Part shown: piece by piece, positions 51,500 to 64,000 of the stretch
Numbering within the stretch: position 1 is the first letter of the stretch
Layout: each line of letters opens with the position of its first letter
Assembly (NCBI RefSeq): GCF_001194135.2
Contig: NC_068981.1
Location: forward strand, 166,769,549 to 166,833,548
Origin: Octopus bimaculoides
Taxonomy: Eukaryota
Direction of reading: 5' to 3'
Length of the DNA stretch: 64,000 nt
Position numbers and translations under genes: made by a program
The notes under the pieces: generated by a model
Databases searched by the model: none
What the model was told of the DNA's origin: nothing
What the model saw: the letters and a program-made list of their open reading frames with translations, nothing else

Positions 51500-51890
51500 T
51501 TTTACTTGTTTCAGTCATTGACTGTGGCTATGCTGGAGCACTATCTTGAGTTTTAGTCAAGCAAATTGACCCCAAGACTTATTTTTTGTAAAGCTTAGTA
51601 CTTATTCTATTAGTCTCTTTTGCTGAACCACTAAGTTACAGGGATGTAAACACACCAACATTGGTTGTCAAGCGATAATGGGAAGGCAAACACAAACACA
51701 CACATATATATATATATAAATACAATAGCCTCTTTCAGTTTCTGTTTACCAAAGAGTTTCACAAGGCTTTGTGTCAACCTGAAGCTATAGTAGAAGACAC
51801 TTGCTGAAGGTGTCACACAGCGGAACTGAACCTGGAACCATGTGGTTGGGAAGCAAGCTTCTTACCACCCAGCCATACCTGCACCTATAT
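51500..51890 (-). mobile_element. tRNA-derived SINE, near full length
   Basis: Reverse complement of the family consensus. Confidence 0.85.
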
Positions 51891-52657
51891 AAGGAACATC
51901 ATATTGGATTTGTATATTTTGAATATCAGAAACTTAGGATAGGAACTGGTAATTTTTTTTATTTAATTTAAAAAACAAAAGAAGACAGTAATGCTATATA
52001 TGTAATTTAATATTTTAAAATCATTTAATAAAATAAAAGGAAATGTTTACTCTTTCCTTTCCTTTTAAGTGTTTAATACATTTGTTAAAACTTATATTTC
52101 TCATGCTGTCTTCTATTTTTGCTCATTGCTCATATATTAAATTATTTAAACATATCAAATGAAATTTACTGCATATATATTAAACAATGAAGTGGTGAAG
52201 ACTAATCTCAAGATGTTACATCTCACAGAGGAGATGATACAGGACTATGTTGACTGGCAATGCAGGGCACTAAAGACCTGACAACCCATACAAGCATGGT
52301 GAAAAATACATTAGAATGGGAGCGGTAATGGAGGTTGAAATATAATATAAGTTTATATGGGCCTTTTGCCTCTTTTTGTACTTGCTAAGTTTACTCACCT
52401 GCTCTTCTTCTAATCTATTCAACAGCCACTCATCATTCTACTGCCTCCTAACTATTTATTGTACCACACTTGGAATGATCTAGATCTGTCCATACTTAGC
52501 CCCTAACTCTACCACCATCTGTCTCTCTCTAGGTGAGGCACACACCTCACCAGTGGGACATAGGTTACGTCACAACAGAGTGTAAGGAAGTAACAAGTAA
52601 ATATCCTGCAATGTTTCGAGTAAACTACATTTTTCTTTTTCTACTACTACTACTACT

Positions 52658-52705
<48 letters not shown>

Positions 52706-53270
52706 NNNNNNNNNNNNNNNNNNNNNNNNNNNNNNNNNNNNNNNNNNNNNNNNNNNNNNNNNNNNNNNNNNNNNNNNNNNNNNNNNNNNNNNNNNNNNNN
52801 NNNNNNNNNNNNNNNNNNNNNNNNNNNNNNNNNNNNNNNNNNNNNNNNNNNNNNNNNNNNNNNNNNNNNNNNNNNNNNNNNNNNNNNNNNNNNNNNNNNN
52901 NNNNNNNNNNNNNNNNNNNNNNNNNNNNNNNNNNNNNNNNNNNNNNNNNNNNNNNNNNNNNNNNNNNNNNNNNNNNNNNNNNNNNNNNNNNNNNNNNNNN
53001 NNNNNNNNNNNNNNNNNNNNNNNNNNNNNNNNNNNNNNNNNNNNNNNNNNNNNNNNNNNNNNNNNNNNNNNNNNNNNNNNNNNNNNNNNNNNNNNNNNNN
53101 NNNNNNNNNNNNNNNNNNNNNNNNNNNNNNNNNNNNNNNNNNNNNNNNNNNNNNNNNNNNNNNNNNNNNNNNNNNNNNNNNNNNNNNNNNNNNNNNNNNN
53201 NNNNNNNNNNNNNNNNNNNNNNNNNNNNNNNNNNNNNNNNNNNNNNNNNNNNNNNNNNNNNNNNNNNNNG
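52706..53270. other. Assembly gap (565 N) following (TA)n
   Basis: N run. Confidence 1.
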
Positions 53271-53374
53271 CACTTTGCTCAAAATTTGGATCTTGTGCTT
53301 GAAATATAAAACTCATAAATCCAGAATCTCGTAAAGTGAGGTATTACTGTATGTATGTGTATATATATGTACAT

Positions 53375-53686
53375 ATCATCATCATCATCATCGTTTAACA
53401 TCTGCTTTCCATGCTAGCATGGGTTGAACAATTTGACTGAGGACTGACAAACCAGATGGCTGCACCAGGCTCCAATCTGATCTAGCAGAGTTTCTACAGC
53501 TGATGCCCTTCCTAACGCCAACCACTCTGAGAGTGTAGTGGGTGCTTTTTATGTGCCACCGGCACGGAAGCCAGACAGCTGCACTGGCAATGATCACGCT
53601 TGTATGGTGTTGTTAGCACTCCACTAACACAGGTGCCAGTCATCGAATTTGGTTTGATTTCAATTTCACTTGCCTCAACAGGTCTT

Positions 53687-53690
<4 letters not shown>
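53375..53690 (-). mobile_element. RTE-tail SINE
   Basis: catcatcatcatcgtttaacatctgctttccatgctagcatggg... Confidence 0.85.
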
Positions 53691-53729
<39 letters not shown>

Positions 53730-54984
53730 TAGTTAAGAAGTTTGCCTGGCAATCATGTGGTTTTGGGTTCAGTCACACTGCATGGCCTGTTGGTCAAGTG
53801 TTTTCAGTATAGTTCTGGGCAAACCATTTTACAGAGTATATAGGTGAGTGCATTTTATTGGAGCACAAGCACCAGTGAGTTTGTCATGCCTTTGAGAAAA
53901 CTAAAAGTTACTTTTGGCTCACCACTAGCTCTGCTTGTTTGCTAACCATTTCACAGAGTGTACTGCATGGAATTTATTATGATACCAGTTGTAGCAAGGT
54001 GGTCATGAATGATACATGTCAATATTAGTAAGGAGTACAAACAGAGTATATGAGATACATGCATGAAGTCCTTTAAGCATATATTATTCATGATGATGGG
54101 TGGAGTGTTGGAGGGAGGGTCAGATAGATCTTGATTGGTGAGCTAAAGAAATTCACTGTTATTCTTAGTCACATAGGCAATATTGTGAATGTGAGAAAAA
54201 GAGAGACTCATTAGGAGATGAGCAATAGGGGCATGGCCACTAGAAGTATGAATGTTAAAGGTAAAGGCAATAGAAATATATGTGACTGGCATGGAGAACA
54301 GACAGGTGAGTGATAAGAGGTAGGTGTGATAAAAGAAGTGAGTGATAATTATGGTAGAGGGATGAAAATTTATACACATGCATATGTGCACTCATACATG
54401 TTCATGTATTTTGTTCAACTTCCATGTACACAGGTTACATACCTAAAGGTATGTAACCTGTATATACTGTGGATATGAAGTCTACCTCTTCCACAGGTTC
54501 CACACACTTTGAGCACATACCATTTCTTCATAGAACTGTCCTTCTCCATATGTGTTATATGCCTATACCAATGCAGTATTCTCTCTTGCACACTATATTT
54601 GATGATTTTTTTTTATGCCCCATTTTTCTCTCTGCTGGTTTCAATTCTGTAGCTCATGCATACGCATTTCTTTCTAGTCTTTGCAGATCCTTTGATTAGG
54701 TAAAACAGTCTAGACAAAATGCTGTTCAGCTCTGTGCCTGAAAGAAATAATGATGCAACTGCAAGAAAAGTACTTCAGAATAAACCACTGTTCCTGCATC
54801 ATGTGTGCGTGTGTGGTGGGGGTGTATGTATATGCATGAGAAGAAATAGATATATGTATACATGTTTGTATATAAAAATTTGGAAATGGCAAGGGACTGG
54901 AAGTTGTGGCAATTTGCTGTACTTTAGAAGACACACCAAGCTAAGTAAAATCACTGTCATCCATACATACAGGCCTGTCCTTTA

Positions 54985-55210
54985 CAGGTGCTGGTGCCAC
55001 ATAAAATGCACTTGTGCCATTGTTGTGTAAACACATCCATGCTGGTGGCACGTAAAAAACACCCAACACACTCTGTAAAGTGGTTGGTGTTAGGAAGAGC
55101 ATCCAGCCATAGAAATCATGCTACAACAGACAATTGGAGTCTGGACAGCTCCATGTCAAATTGTCCAACCCATGCCAGCATGCAAAATGGACATTAAATG
55201 ATGATGATGT
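54985..55210 (+). mobile_element. RTE-tail SINE
   Basis: ggtggcacgtaaaaaacacccaacacactctgtaaagtggttgg...ttaaatgatgatgatg. Confidence 0.8.
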
Positions 55211-55489
55211 ACATATATACATGCACATAACTAGTAAAACAATAGTAGAAGTACTTAGGAGTAAGCAACTATAACTAGTATTTGTTGACCTGGATGATCT
55301 GGTAACTGCTGAGGAAGGTAGCAGTTGAAGTATAGTCAATAAATTGATAGTAAATTGTATAGCAATGAATGTAGTGGACAGGGGCTCAGCAAAGCTTGAA
55401 CATTCTTTCACATGCTCAGAAGGATTCCTAAAAATAATTGATAGCTTCTGTTAACTAGCTGGCATTAGTAGTAGTGGAAGTAGATATTC

Positions 55490-55995
55490 CAAAAGTAAAG
55501 AAACCAGAAAAAGAATGGGTTGGAGAAAGTTCAGGGAACTATTACCTCTCTAGCTAACAAAAGGTTCCGCTCTCTGGATGAAAGGCTGATTGTAAGATAC
55601 TTGTGTATGGACTGCAGCAATGTTTATGGTAGTGAGACATGGGCCTTGGATGCAGAGGGCTTGCAAAGATTAGAAAGAAATGAAATAAATATGTTCCACT
55701 GAATATGCAGTGTCAATGTGCACAAGCAATGGAGCACAAATGAGCTCAGAGTAAAACTGCATATAAAAGGAATCCAATGCAGGGTATAAGAGAGAAGACA
55801 GTGCTGCTAAGGATGTATGATGCAATGGAAGATGAAAGCTATATAAAGAAGTGCAGAGCACTTCAAATAGGCGGAGTCCGTGGAAGAAGGAGACCGAGAA
55901 GACGTGGAGTGAAGTGTTAGAAACCGATCTCAGGATGTTAAGCCTCTCAAAGGAGATGACAAGGGACTGAAATGATTGGTGACACACAGCACTCA
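55490..55995 (+). mobile_element. RTE LINE 3' fragment
   Basis: GWRKFRELLP, YGSETWALDAEGLQRLERNE, GRPRRRG-type segment. Confidence 0.85.
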
Positions 55996-56734
55996 ACACA
56001 CTCCCACTTGTAAAAGCATGGTGAAACCAGTGTTAAAGTAGAGGCAGTGATGAAAATGGAAGACATATGTATATGTGTGAGTGTGCCTGTGCATATATGT
56101 GTGTGTGTGTGTGTGTGTGCGTGCGCATGTACACACAATTGGGTTTCTTACACAATATGTTCCTGTCATGTCTATATCTAGTGACCACCCAATCTTTGAA
56201 ACTCTTTCATTTTTCTATTGCTCAACCATCACCACGCTCTCCCAAACACCCTTCTACTCATCATACATCTCTCTAGTCAACCTCTTCTCTAATTAATATA
56301 TATTATTTTCACACTGAATTATGAAGGCAGAACCTATTAATACTTAAAATTATCCCGGGTACTTGAAACTATCTATCTCTCTTGCTCTACTCTACAATTC
56401 CATTTAAATTCTGATTCCCATTCCATGTGAGTATACTCTGGCACTTTGCTACCATCTCGCTTTCTCTCCTGCTGTCTCTTGCACTCTCTCTCTCTCTGTC
56501 TCTTGTTCTTCCCTCTAGCTGGGTAACCATGTATCTCTTCTGTCCTTATTCTTGATCACACTCTCTCTCTCTCTCTCTCTCTGACTGTGTAACCATGTAC
56601 CTTCTCTACAGCAAGACACCTGTTTCTGTCTCCCTGAAACACTCTAACCTTTCATCATCTGGCACAAGGTCACCTCTAATGCCCCCTACTCTCTCAAAGG
56701 ATCTTTGTCTTGCAAGTTACTTGATGACCCTACC

Positions 56735-57025
56735 AGTGCTGGTGCCACATAAAAAACATCCAGTCCACACTGTAAAGCGGTTGATGTTTGGGAGGGCATC
56801 CTGCTGTAAAAGCCATGCAAAAACTGACCTTGCCTGTGCTGGTGCCATGTAAAAAGCACTCAGTCCACTCTGCAGGGTGGTTGGTATCAAGAAGGGCATC
56901 CAACCATAAAAACCCATATCAAAACAGACACTGAAACCTGGTGCAGTGTTCTGCTTAGCCAGCTCCAGTCAAACTGTCCAACCCACGCCAACATGGAAAG
57001 CAAACGCTAGCTGATGATGATGAGT
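56735..57025 (+). mobile_element. RTE-tail SINE
   Basis: Same motifs as the other copies. Confidence 0.8.
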
Positions 57026-57479
57026 ATATATTATATAAATATACAGTATACAGACATATATACATATATCATTTAAGATCTGTTCCATGTTGCTAAGGAA
57101 TGGATGGTTTGACAGGATCTGACTAGTGCCTGAGGGCTTTGCTGGTCTCCAGTGTCTACTTTGACAAGATTTCTACATACAGATACCACACCAGCACTAG
57201 TGGGGTCATCAAGTAATTCGGAAGAGAAGACCTTCAGAGAATGGAGGTACAATATTGATGGTGGATGGTGGATGGTGGTGAAGGTGGTGGGGATTTATGC
57301 CAAGTGTAAAGAAGCTAAATATTGAAAAAGGGACAGGAACAGGTGTTTTGTTGTAGAGAAACTACATGGGTACTCCAGCAGGAAAGGGAGAAAGAATGGT
57401 GAACATGAGTTATCAGGGATCAGCCTCGATATACAAGAAGGTGGATAGCAAGAAAATAGGGGCAGAGAGTTGAGGATAG

Positions 57480-57780
57480 CTGGGTAGATAGGTAAGGGAG
57501 ATGAGGTGAAGAATGAGGAAGATAGAAGATACACAGGTCAAGTATACAAAAGGGTGGACATAGTGAGTTACAAAAAGGGCTGTTGATAGCATAGATGAGG
57601 TTTTCAAAGAAATGGGTTTTAGTGGACACAGTGTGATAAAGGATGATGTTGGGAGTGCAGAACATGTGGCAAGGAAAGTGATTCTAAGAAGACGGGTTAC
57701 TGGTAGCACACAAAGAGGGGAAGGAATATGTGCAGTTCTGTTCTCATATAATTACAGCAGCTGAGTAATAGCACCATAGG
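57480..57780 (-). mobile_element. Possible Penelope-like GIY-YIG N-terminal relic
   Basis: HFPCHMFC...ENLIYAINSPFCNSL loosely matches the PLE FPC..C...NLIY.I.C..C pattern. Confidence 0.3.
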
Positions 57781-58019
57781 CAGAGGGGTGTTACGAAGAT
57801 GAGTAGCTGGGAAGATTTGACAGGTACAGATTAGGTGTGGGGAGGGGTGCATAGACATTGATGACATACTTTTACAACCTCATTTTTGCAAAGATGGACA
57901 GGTTTTCATGAGCATGGTGGATTACTAGTAATCTTGGTCCTTTGTTTTCTGATAAAACTCAATATCCAAAATGAATTTAAGTATCAATATGTATCTCTCT
58001 CTTTCTCTACACACATATA

Positions 58020-58600
58020 TATGGCTTTTGTTGACTTGAAGAAAGCTTTTGACAGAGTCCCCTGATCTGTTATCTGGTGATCAATGTGGAAACAAGGGAT
58101 AGACGAGTGGTTGGTGAGAGCTGTACAAGCCTTGTACAGAGACGCTACCAGTAAGGTGAGGGTGGGTAATAAGTACAGCGAAGAATTCAGGGTACAAGTA
58201 GGGGATTCACCAAGGATTGGTGCTCAGCTCCCTCTTGTCTATCATAGACCTCCAAGCAATAACAGTAGAATTCAAGACAGGCAGACCCGGAAAGCTCCTC
58301 TATGCTGATAACAGAGTGTAAGCATCTTGAGAGAAAAGTTAGGCATAAGAGGAATCAAATGTGGTGTGCAAGAGAGACAACTACACTGGTATGGTCATGT
58401 GATGCGCATAGACAAGAACAGCTATGTAAAGAAGTGCTGATCTCTAACTGTGGAGGGAACCTGTGGTAGAGGTAGACCCAGGAAGACATGAGATGAGGTA
58501 GTGAAGTATGATCTTTGAACCTCACAGAGGCAACGACTAGTGACTGAGACCTTTGGCGACGTGCTCTGCATAAGAGGACCCATCAAGCCAAGTGTCCCCA
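58020..58600 (+). mobile_element. RTE LINE fragment with internal deletion
   Basis: MAFVDLKKAFDRVP, GIDEWLVRAVQALY, LLYAD, then directly SILREKLGIRGIKCGVQERQLHWYGHV. Confidence 0.9.
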
Positions 58601-58635
58601 TGCTGGTGGCACATAAAAAATCAACCTTTGATCAT

Positions 58636-58815
58636 CGGGCCTTACGGAGGCAAAGTGGCTGAGTTCCTTTTGAGTGTTGGGCCTTATGGAGACAAAGTGG
58701 CTGGGTTCCTTTCGAGTGTTGGGCCTCACGGAGGTGAGGTGGCTGAGTTCCTTTCAAGCATTGGGCCTTATGGAGGCAAAGTGGCCAAGTTTTTTTTGAG
58801 TGTTGGGCCTTACAG
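58636..58815. repeat. 42-bp minisatellite, ~4.3 copies
   Basis: tgggccttatggagacaaagtggctgggttcctttcgagtgt units. Confidence 0.9.
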
Positions 58816-58889
58816 AAGCAATGACCAAGATCTTTGGCATTATGCCAAGCCTGAGAAGAAAACCCATCAAGCCGAGCAAAACTGCAGTT

Positions 58890-59085
58890 GTGCCAGATAC
58901 TGGTGTCGTGTTGGTGGCACATAAAAGCACTCATTACATTTTGGTGTGGTTGGCATTAGGAAGAACATCAAATCAGAGAAAACCATGCTAAATCAGACTG
59001 GAGCCTGGCGCAGCCTTCCACCATGCCAGCCCAGTCAAACCATCCAACCCATGCCAGCAGGCACAACAGACGTTAAAAGATGATG
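58890..59085 (+). mobile_element. RTE-tail SINE
   Basis: Same motifs as the other copies. Confidence 0.8.
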
Positions 59086-59479
59086 TGTGTATTTACATTA
59101 GAGATGTCTTCCTTCATCATCTTCCACAAGTATCATTCATATTTAGTGACAGGCACATCTTTATGCAGATGTATACAGATGTATATGTGCACACATACTC
59201 ACACACACATTTCACTTTTCTTTTTCAGGTACTGTTTATAAACAGACCAGTGCAGCCCTATCAATATAAATATGCACTGAAACAAAAAAAGCTGTATGAG
59301 ATTACCATGCACATATCTTGTCAACAAAATATGAGTGAAAGTCGTAGAAGTATCATTGGAAAGGCAAGATAATTAATTTAATTTAATATTATCTGTTTTA
59401 AAATCTCTTGTTCATATAATAATTATTGGCTGGTGTTCACAACCCTTTACTAGTTGGGCAGTGCACCATTAGAACTTCA

Positions 59480-59900
59480 ATGCTAGCATTCTACTAAGAA
59501 ATAGTTGTGTAAAATAGTGATAACATACTTAGCAAAATGTGGTGGTGGTTCAATCAACTGGAATCCCTCATATAAATTGCCCTGCAGCCTTTTTAAGCTA
59601 GGAGGTTTATGCATTTTTGCTCTATCTGATGGGTATGGTAAAACACATTTTGTTGCAGTCATGGTCAAAAGGCTCATGCCAAGCCCTCATTAAATTTTTT
59701 AAGTCTCATTTGGAGAAGAACGTGTGGGCTGAAGAAGGTGCTGATTTTCAGTAAATTTATTAAAGGGCTAGTAAGAGCTCAAGAGAATGGACCTACTCTC
59801 AGTAGACATGTACAGGCCAGAGTATCACAGCTTGGATAGAGCTTTTAGCCTTGGTAGTCAGGGTAATTCTGGATCCAGAGGGTTCTTTGATTGGCTCCCT
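59480..59900 (-). mobile_element. Highly decayed RTE-like LINE C-terminal fragment
   Basis: TKAK..QAVIL..., NKF..., GMSLLTM, KRLQGNLYEG...PPPHFAKYV loosely follow the RTE C-terminal pattern. Confidence 0.4.
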
Positions 59901-61288
59901 TCTCTAGAGACTCACAAATATGTATGCTGTGTATACCATCATTTATATTTTTTAATTCAGGTACAAACTGTCACATATTATATAGTCTGGACTTTGTCTC
60001 TTAGCCTTGTAGCAATAACTGATAATTAATACAATCACTCTCTTTTCTGGCCTCCCTACCTCTATCTCTTTACCTTGTATTTATACACAACCCAGCATGG
60101 TATGGGATAGCATATCCACTCACTTGTCCTTTACCACCAGATGCGACAACTGCCTTGCAACTGCTCAATATGCAGCATAGAACTATTGAGACAGAATTAC
60201 TCACACTTGCCCAAGATACCTTTTTTCAACCTCTTCCTTCCTACCTCTACCCACATAATGTAGACAATCTTTATACTAAGCTGCATAAGATCACTATTTC
60301 TATGCTTGTAACAGCTAAAATTTCTTCCATACATTGATGGAATGTAGAAACAAGATGAACATAGCAAGTCACATCACAAGCTACCTGTGTCAGCAGGAAG
60401 TGATTCTGAAAAATGAACTGGCACAGGGTAGAAGAGACTTAGTTCTTTTGCATGAGACAACCTCTCCAGAGATAAGAACATAATAAAATGCACCGAGTAC
60501 ACTGCAAGCTGCATCATGGGTTACTAGTTTAGAGCAGAGGGAACTCTTTCATCCTTCTACATGAGACAACCTTTCTAGTACCCACAGCACAATACAGTGC
60601 ACCCAGTCCACACTCAGTGATTGATGAGACCCATCCCAACATAAGCCAGCATAGAAAAACAGAAATAGAAAATAATGATGATAATAAAACCACCTGTGAA
60701 AGATAACATATCACATGTTCATTGCAGATTCCAGTACACATCAGTTAAAAATGGTTATCAATAAATTGAGATTTCTACTTTGTTTCTTTACATTTCTGGA
60801 GGGTCAGCATTTTTATTACACTGTAGCAATTTTGAAAAAAAAAAAAAAGTAGCAGCTCTGCTATTTCTAATACCACAAGGGAATTGCATTTAAAACATTT
60901 TACATTTATTTTTAATTCATATACAGAGAGAGAGTTTTAGTTAGCCAAAGGATTGTTGGTGGTGCTACAGTATGTTAACAAAAGCACTTAACTGACGATA
61001 GAGGGGTTCCTTTAGCTTAAAGTAGATACCACAGCAAAATACAGTTCCATCATTGTACACAAAGGGAACAATGTATAATTTTCATAATCTTTCATCAAAA
61101 TTTGGTGCTAATTTATGTTCCAAACACCAGCTTAATATTGATAAAGTTATTTTAATAAATTCTTCAAAATTTTTAAAATAAATTATAACAAAGAATGTAT
61201 CTCAACAGGAATGTAGTAACAAAAAGGTTAAGCTTAGACTACTATAACTTATGAAACAGCAACAGGAATCAGCTGATGTATGTGTATC

Positions 61289-61470
61289 TTAACCCATTTA
61301 CTGCAAAAAGCAGTTTTGTATACCAATCTTTGGTTGAGGAATGCCATGTTTGAAACTATTTTCTGTTGAGATATGTCAAGTTTACGGAGGCAACTTGACT
61401 TGCAGAAAATACCAGTTCTATTTTTGGTAGATATTTAACATGAAATTTAATTCTGCATTTAAAGGGTTAA
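61289..61470. mobile_element. TTAA-flanked MITE (piggyBac-like termini)
   Basis: ttaacccatttactgca ... tgcatttaaagggttaa imperfect TIRs with TTAA at both ends. Confidence 0.65.
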
Positions 61471-62780
61471 ATCACAATGTGTGAACAATTTTAATAAAAG
61501 CCTGTGGATTTAGAAGAAGAATTGCTTCTGACTGATGTTTGACCATAGTGAACTACTGCTATTAATTTATTAATGACAAAATTGTATCAGAGTATATTAC
61601 AAATGATAAAAATACTTCTAAATATTAAGGATAGAGTAGCAATGAAAGGTCAAGTTCATGAATATGATTTCTATAAAGAGAGATAAAAATGCATACATAA
61701 AAGATCCATTAAATCAACTGTCTCAGAAAAAACAAAAAAATGTCTTAAGAATCTCAATGTAGTTACTATCAATTAAAAGTCCAGTTCTTTATACTGATGT
61801 TGAAAATACATCTCATAAACCATATGTTACATGTTGAACAATGTATTGACTTGCAATTGTCTTGCTTAAAGAAAGTTGGAAGTGCTTATATTTCAAAGAA
61901 AGAGAAATTCTAGTTGATTACATCAGAGTGTATTTTTTATATTTAATTTCGTCTTGCACGTGTGCGTGTGTGTGTAAAAAAACTAGAAATAGTTGGAGCA
62001 AATTCTAGTATCATGAAAAACATGTAAACTAAAATAGAATATATCTATTACAAAATGAATTTAACTTGTTGAATACGTAAGCAAATTTAAGAAATAGACT
62101 AAATGGCAAAGTGGAAATAGCTATGGGTTAAGAATCATATATATTCAAAGAGAGAGGGAAGTGGATGTTATGAAGGAAAGTGGCATAATCTGCACAGTCT
62201 GGGGGTAAAGAATTGGTAGTTATGATAACCAAAGCAAAACCACAAACATTCAAAATTTGGTAGAGGAAACAGTTAGGGATCAGATAACATGGAGAAAACT
62301 AATGAAATAAACTTCAAAATGTGACCTCTGCTAATGGAAGATATTTCATTATGTTGAAATTATTGTTAGTTTATCAGTAATGGTGTTCATTATCTGTTAA
62401 TTTTCCCACAATGAAAGATCTCAGGTTCCCAACTGGAACTATCATACTAAATTGAGTCAACGAAGTAGTCTTTATATGGTTACTTGACCGGTTAGAATTA
62501 GCAACCAAATCTCCTTCAAAAGTTCACCATATCATCTTAAAACAAATGAACAAGTGTTCCTGAGTACAACATGTCAAATAAGAAAGACTAAATGGTTGCA
62601 TGAGAAAAGTCAGTTGAATGAACAAATTGAATCAAGTGATAATCAATAAAATATCTAGTTAGCTACTAGACATAACTTTATCAAAGGTTTATTGAAATGC
62701 TTGGTTTTCTTTTCTTCACATTCCTAGTTGTTAAACAACTTCCCACTTCTATCACAAAAGAACAACAAATTCAGTTATTG

Positions 62781-62850
62781 TGAACATTTTTCAAAACATT
62801 TACTATTATGATACATGAACATTTTTCAAAACATTTACTATTATGATATA
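62781..62850. repeat. 35-bp tandem duplication
   Basis: tgaacatttttcaaaacatttactattatgataca repeated twice. Confidence 0.9.
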
Positions 62851-63454
62851 TCATTAATTTTTTTTTTTTGTTATAAATTTAAATCATTATGCCCAATAAT
62901 AACTAACTCTACAAAGTCATACATCATATGAATAAGAATTCATCTACCAAACAGGTGCTATTCTCTAAAATAGAATCAAGAGTGATAGTGGCTCTAGAAG
63001 GATGTTTAGGGATTATTGTAATGGATAAAGAGGGAGTTACTGGTCAACAAGTCTGATAGGTGTAGTTTGAGATAGTGATGATTACACAAAAATAATAAAT
63101 AACAGTAAGGTATGTGGTTATTTGACTTGTTAGGAAGAACATCTAAATCTTCCTGGAATTTCATCCTAGTGTCTTAAAAATAAAAGGAGACAGAAGATAA
63201 GAAAATCCCACATATGCTTTAAAAAAGATGGTTATGGCTGAAACACCATTGGGTGTTGATCTGTTCAATCAATACTGAACAATGGTCAAATAATACCAGT
63301 TATTTAACACAGAGTAACAGATGAAGGTAGTAAGTTGTCCAGTTTTTAATTGAGTTTAGATAATACTGAAATACTAAAAGAAAAACATGATTTATTGTTT
63401 TTAACAAGAGCAATATCGCCTGTGATATTTTGAAAATCACAAATAACATATACG

Positions 63455-64000
63455 ACCTTCAAACGTTGGGCCTCACAGAGGCGATGACAAGTGACTGAGA
63501 TCTTTGGAGATATGCTATGCTTGAGAAGACCCAGCAAGCCAAGTGAGACAGTGACTGTGGCTTATGCCAGTGCAGCATATCTGGTCCTTTCAATCATTGG
63601 GCAATAAACTGTGCTTGCAAAGACCTGTCGAGTCAAGTCAAGTCATTGTTGTGGCCGATGGCAGTACAGCCTGATTGACACCTGTGCCAATGACACGTAA
63701 AAGCACCATTCAAGCGTGGTCAATGCCAGTGTCGCCTGACTGGTCCTGTGCCGGTGGCACATAAAAAACACCATTCGAGCGTGATCATTGCCAGTGCTGC
63801 CTGACTGGTTTCTGTGCCGGTGGGACATAAAAAGCACTATTCAAGTGTGGTCAATGCCAGTACTGCCTAACTGTCCCTCGTGCCAGTGACACATAAAAAG
63901 CACCCACTACACTCTTAGTGTGGTTGGCATTAGGAAGGGCATCCAGCAGTAGAAACTTTGCCAGATCAGATTGGATCCTGGTGCAGCCTTCTAGCTTGCC
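63455..64000 (+). mobile_element. RTE 3' end / RTE-tail SINE with internal ~60-bp tandem array (~63655-63905); runs off the window
   Basis: gggcctcacagaggcgatgacaagtgactgagatctttgg; four units of gccagtgctgcctgactgg..tgtgccggtggcacataaaaagcaccattc. Confidence 0.8.

Noticed and set aside
52533-53316. Long ORFs of 207-258 aa in the track (also 50869-51343)
   Set aside because: Artefacts of N gaps and (TA)n repeats.
58592-58934. 110-aa ORF with 14-aa repeats
   Set aside because: Explained by the 42-bp minisatellite in retroelement sequence; no splice or homology support.

Overview
AT-rich, repeat-dense animal genomic DNA. The SINE/RTE repertoire and microsatellites suggest a coleoid cephalopod, probably Octopus (inference). 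One protein-coding gene is supported: a minus-strand SEC24C/D-type COPII cargo adaptor. I traced it by hand as 22 GT-AG exons (ATG 47213 to TAA 11969; 3531 nt, 1176 aa) with consistent intron phases; its 5' UTR exon/promoter was not found. The rest is transposon-derived: several RTE-type LINE fragments, an R4/Dong-like LINE relic, a mariner transposase fragment, tRNA-derived and RTE-tail SINEs, TTAA-flanked MITEs, Penelope-like relics, micro/minisatellites, and two N gaps. The most interesting signal is in the first 1.75 kb. Two unrelated non-coding fold-back elements each carry a minimal type I hammerhead-ribozyme motif with a palindromic stem III. The first has a canonical core (CTGACGA...GAAA, 851-912) and sits in a ~549-nt partial tandem plus inverted arrangement typical of Penelope-like elements/retrozymes. 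No computation or database search was run; repeat boundaries are approximate.
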